From NCBI GenBank assembly GCA_027923505.1, contig BROI01000001.1, forward strand, positions 2,294,001 through 2,358,000: a stretch of DNA of 64,000 nucleotides. The letters are read 5' to 3'. A model generated the notes under the pieces. That model made no database searches. It was not told the origin of the DNA and saw only the letters and a program-made list of their open reading frames with translations. Both the position numbers and the translations under genes were made by a program. Source of the DNA: Mayamaea pseudoterrestris. Lineage: Eukaryota. Of this stretch, positions 59,201 to 64,000 are shown one piece after another (positions within the stretch are counted from its first letter, which is position 1; each line of letters opens with the position of its first letter).

Positions 59201-62200
59201 GCAGGCAACATGCAGGAGGCAAATGCACAAAGTGAATGCACTATACAATATCCATTTGTGACCTTGGATCATGCCCCAAGCCAATTTACATAGAGATTGT
59301 GGGGATCTGATGTTTGCCACTGCTAGGGTAGGCAGTCACATAGTACCTGCTAACTGAAGCTGCTGACCTGAAGGCAAAAGGCAAGCAGGAGGCTGATGCG
59401 CAAAACAAATTCACCAAGGAGGTATGTCTTGTGCCCTCGGATCATGCACAGTGGCTGTACGCATAGAGTGTGTGGGCACTTCATGTTTGCCACTGCTAGG
59501 TTGGTGTTCGGCAGTTGGGTAGTACATACCAGCAACTTCTGCGGATCTAGAAGCAGGCAACATGCAGGAGGCAAATGCACAAAGTGAATGCACTATACAA
59601 TATCCATTTGTGACCTTGGATCATGCCCCAAGCCAATTTACAAAGAGATTGTGGGGATCTGATGTTTGCCACTGCTAGGGTAGGCAGTCACATAGTACCT
59701 GCTAACTGAAGCTGCTGACCTGAAGGCAAAAGGCAAGCAGGAGGCTGATGCGCAAAACAAATTCACCAAGGAGGTATGACTTGGGCCCTCGGATCATGCA
59801 CAGTGGCTGTACACATAGAGTGTGTGGGCACTTCATGTCTGCCACTGCTAGGTTGGTGTTCGGCAGTTGGGTAGTACATACCAGCAACTTCTGCGGATCT
59901 GGAAGCAGGCAACATGCAGGAGGCAAATGCACAAAGTGAATGCACTATACAATATCAATTTGTGACCTTGGATCATGCCCAAGCCAGTTTACAAAGAGAT
60001 TGTGGGGATCTGATGTTTGCCACTGCTAGGGTAGGCAGTCACGTAGTACCTGCTAACTGAAGCTGCTGACCTGAAGGCAAAAGGCAAGCAGGAGGCTGAT
60101 GCGCAAAACAAATTCACCAAGGAGGTATGTCTTGTGCCCTCGGATCATGCACAGTGGCTGTACGCATAGAGTGTGTGGGCACTTCATGTTTGCCACTGCT
60201 AGGTTGGTGTTCGGCAGTTGGGTAGTACATACCAGCAACTTCTGCGGATCTGGAAGCAGGCAACATGCAGGAGGCAAATGCACAAAGTGAACGCACTATA
60301 CAATATCCATTTGTGACCTTGGATCATGCCCCAAGCCAGTTTACAAAGAGATTGTTGGGATCTGATGTTTGCCGCTGCTAGGGTAGGCAGTCACATAGTA
60401 CCTGCTAACTGAAGCTGCTGACCTGAAGGCAAAAGGCAAGCAGGAGGCTAATGCGCAAAACAAATTCACCAAGGAGGTATGACTTGGGCCCTCGGATCAT
60501 GCACAGTGGCTGTACACATAGAGTGTGTGGGCACTTCATGTTTGCCACTGCTAGGTTGGTGTTTGGCAGTTGGGTAGTACATACCAGCAACTTCTGCGGA
60601 TCTGGAAGCAGGCAACATGCAGGAGGCAAATGCACAAAGTGAATGCACTATACAATATCCATTTGTGACCTTGGATCATGCCCAAGCCAGTTTACAAAGA
60701 GATTGTGGGGATCTGATGTTTGCCACTGCTAGGGTAGGCAGTCACATAGTACCTGCTAACTGAAGCTGCTGACCTGAAGGCAAAAGGCAAGCAGGAGGCT
60801 GATGCGCAAAACAAATTCACCAAGGAGGTATGTCTTGTGCCCTCGGATCATGCACAGTGGCTGTACGCATAGAGTGTGTGGGCACTTCATGTTTGCCACT
60901 GCTAGGTTGGTGTTCGGCAGTTGGGTAGTACATACCAGCAACTTCTGCGGATCTGGAAGCAGGCAACATGCAGGAGGCAAATGCACAAAGTGAACGCACT
61001 ATACAATATCCATATGTGACCTTGGATCATGCCCCAAGCCAGTTTACAAAGAGATTGTGGGGATCTGATGTTTGCCACTGCTAGGGTAGGCAGTCACATA
61101 GTACCTGCTAACTGAAGCTGCTGACCTGAAGGCAAAAGGCAAGCAGGAGGCTGATGCGCAAAACAAATTCACTAAGGAGGTATGTCTTGTGCCCTCGGAT
61201 CATGCACAGTGGCTGTACGCATAGAGTGTGTGGGCACTTCATGTTTGCCACTGCTAGGTTGGTGTTCGGCAGTTGGGTAGTACATACCAGCAACTTCTGC
61301 GGATCTGGAAGCAGGCAACATGCAGGAGGCAAATGCACAAAGTGAATGCACTATACAATATCCATTTGTGACCTTGGATCATGCCCCAAGCCAATTTACA
61401 TAGAGATTGTGGGGATCTGATGTTTGCCACTGCTAGGGTAGGCAGTCACATAGTACCTGCTAACTGAAGCTGCTGACCTGAAGGCAAAAGGCAGCAGGAG
61501 GCTGATGCGCAAAACAAATTCACCAAGGAGGTATGTCTTGTGCCCTCGGATCATGCACAGTGGCTGTACACATAGAGTGTGTGGGCACTTCATGTTTGCC
61601 ACTGCTAGGTTGGTGTTCGGCAGTTGGGTAGTACATACCAGCAACTTCTGCGGATCTGGAAGCAGGCAACATGCAGGAGGCAAATGCACAAAGTGAATGC
61701 ACTATACAATATCCATTTGTGACCTTGGATCATGCCCCAAGCCAATTTACATAGAGATTGTGGGGATCTGATGTTTGCCACTGCTAGGGTAGGCAGTCAC
61801 ATAGTACCTGCTAACTGAAGCTGCTGACCTGAAGGCAAAAGGCAAGCAGGAGGCTGATGCGCAAAACAAATTCACCAAGGAGGTATGTCTTGTGCCCTCG
61901 GATCATGCACAGTGGCTGTACACATAGAGTGTGTGGACACTTCATGTTTGCCACTGCTAGGTTGGTGTTCGGCAGTTGGGTAGTACATACCAGCAACTTC
62001 TGCGGATCTGGAAGCAGGCAACATGCAGGAGGCAAATGCACAAAGTGAATGCACTATACAATATCCATTTGTGACCTTGGATCATGCCCCAAGCCAGTTT
62101 ACAAAGAGATTGTGGGGATCTGATGTTTGCCACTGCTAGGGTAGGCAGTCACATAGTACCTGCTAACTGAAGCTGCTGACCTGAAGGCAAAAGGCAAGCA

Positions 62201-62993
62201 GGAGGCTGATGCGCAAAACAAATTCACCAAGGAGGTATGTCTTGTGCCCTCGGATCATGCACAGTGGCTGTACGCATAGAGTGTGTGGGCACTTCATGTT
62301 TGCCACTGCTAGGTTGGTGTTCGGCAGTTGGGTAGTACATACCAGCAACTTCTGCGGATCTGGAAGCAGGCAACATGCAGGAGGCAAATGCACAAAGTGA
62401 ATGCACTATACAATATCCATTAGTGACCTTGGATCATGCCCCAAGCCAATTTACATAGAGATTGTGGGGATCTGATGTTTGCCACTGCTAGGGTAGGCAG
62501 TCACATAGTACCTGCTAACTGAAGCTGCTGACCTGAAGGCAAAAGGCAAGCAGGAGGCTGATGCGCAAAACAAATTCACCAAGGAGGTATGACTTGGGCC
62601 CTCGGATCATGCACAGTGGCTGTACACATAGAGTGTGTGGGCACTTCATGTCTGCCACTGCTAGGTTGGTGTTTGGCAGTTGGGTAGTACATACCAGCAA
62701 CTTCTGCGGATCTGGAAGCAGGCAACATGCAGGAGGCAAATGCACAAAGTGAATGCACTATACAATATCCATTTGTGACCTTGGATCATGCCCCAAGCCA
62801 GTTTACAAAGAGATTGTGGGGATCTGATGTTTGCCGCTGCTAGGGTAGGCAGTCACATAGTACCTGCTAACTGAAGCTGCTAACCTGAAGGCAAAAGGCA
62901 AGCAGGAGGCTGATGCACAAAACAAATTCACCAAGGAGGTATGTCTTGTGCCCTCGGATCATGCACAGGTGGCTGTACTCATAGAGTGTGTGG
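53204..62993. repeat. Satellite A: ~28 tandem copies of a 352-bp unit (a dimer of diverged 173- and 179-bp monomers)
   Basis: Near-identical units recur every 351-353 bp (ORF-track repeats at 53376, 53728 ... 62163, 62515). The internal motifs GGATCATGC and ATGTTTGCCACTGCTAGG each occur twice per unit. Confidence 0.98.
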
Positions 62994-64000
62994 ATGCCAT
63001 GCCCTGAGAATCAGCACATTCAACAACTGGTTGAATGTGCCAGCCCTGCTCCTTTTGTGGCTGCAAGAATCATCAGGTTTCCTTGCTGAGCCCACCAAAA
63101 TATTTCAAATAGGTTTGTTGTCATGATGGGCCATAAGTTGGTCAATTGCACCTCAGTATCCATCACCGTGTATGCCATGGTGAGACTCAAACCGACCTTA
63201 CAACTTATTGGTTCTGCCAGTGGTGCACCTCAAGTGGCAAGTGAGACTTCCAAAATGGCCTGCAGACCCCATAATACACCAAACATGGACTGTAACAGTG
63301 AATGTGACTCATAGACTTGTTCTTTTAGGTGTGGAAGCCATCACTGTGCCCTGAGACTCCGCACATTCAACAACTGGTTGAATGTGCCAGCCCTGCTCCC
63401 TTTGTGGCTGCAGGGATCATCAGCATTGCATGCTGAGCCCTCCCAATCCCTTTCATATCATGTTTGTTGTCATGATGGGCCATAGTTGGTCAGTTGCACC
63501 TCAGTATTCATCACCATGTATGCCATGGTGAGACTGAACCAACCCCACAACTTGTTGGATCTGCCAGCGGTGCACCTCAAGTGGCAAGTGAGACTTCCAA
63601 AATGGCCTGCAGACCCCATAATGCAATGCACATGGACTGTAACAGTGAATGGGACTCATAGACTTGTCCATTGGGGTGTGGAAGCCATCACTATGCCCTG
63701 AGACTCCACACATTCAACAACTGGTTGAACGTGGCAGCCCTGCTCCTTTTGTGGCTGCAGGGATCATCAGCATTGCCTGCTGAGCCCTCCAATATATTAC
63801 AAATAGGTTGGTGGTCATGATGGGCCATAAGTTGGTCAGTTGCACCTCAGTATCCATCACCTTGTACGCCATGGTGAGACTGAGCAGATCCAACAACTTG
63901 TTGGATCTGCCAGCAGTGCACCTCAAGTGGCAAGTAAGACTTCCAAAATGGCCTCCAGACCCCATAATACAATAAACATAAATTTGAACAGTGATTGGGA
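62988..64000. repeat. Satellite B: about 3 tandem copies (truncated by the window end) of a more diverged 347-bp unit
   Basis: CACATTCAACAACTGGTTGAA recurs at 63015, 63362 and 63709 (period 347). Copies differ at many more sites than those of satellite A. Confidence 0.95.

Noticed and set aside
53376..62758. Recurrent 60-97-aa ORFs in the array (MHLPPACC..., MRKTNSPRR...)
   Set aside because: They are by-products of the repeat. The 352-bp unit is not a multiple of 3, the ORFs overlap on both strands, several copies are frameshifted, and there is no recognisable domain.
53204..62993. CRISPR-like array (recurrent ATGTTTGCCACTGCTAGG)
   Set aside because: The sequences between the motifs alternate between two near-invariant types rather than being unique spacers. 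There are no cas genes and the context is eukaryotic.
53204..64000. Tandem 5S rRNA, tRNA or snRNA gene array
   Set aside because: I could not recognise 5S, tRNA A/B-box or snRNA signatures in either unit on either strand. An Rfam scan would settle this.

Overview
Eukaryotic nuclear DNA, most likely from a diatom. This is inferred from short GT-AG introns, bipartite plastid-targeting presequences with ASAF-type motifs and a fucoxanthin-chlorophyll antenna gene. Bases 1-52.6 kb are gene-dense, with about 22 protein-coding genes. These include TFIIF large subunit (truncated by the window edge), plastid ArgC with a 9-nt microexon, a triple-domain CaMK-like kinase and EamA and SulP transporters. 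Also present are adenylosuccinate synthetase, an Lhcr-type antenna protein, a cyclic-nucleotide-regulated kinase, a PRH/HAT3.1-like PHD protein and three adjacent MORN-repeat genes. The block ends with an acyltransferase-3, an HSF, an arsenite methyltransferase, TM9SF, an MBD-like protein, COQ4 and eEF1B-gamma. After eEF1B-gamma the sequence changes abruptly. A ~260-nt run of stacked hairpins and a short ORF remnant lead into a ~9.8-kb homogeneous array of ~28 x 352-bp satellite units. This array joins through a GTGTGG microhomology to a second, more diverged 347-bp satellite that runs off the window. Both satellites are cryptic dimers of ~170-179-bp (nucleosome-sized) monomers and are CpG-poor. 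In the 352-bp array all five CpGs show transition variants, which points to a methylated heterochromatic domain, possibly centromeric or subtelomeric. All assignments come from reading motifs by eye; no database searches were run.
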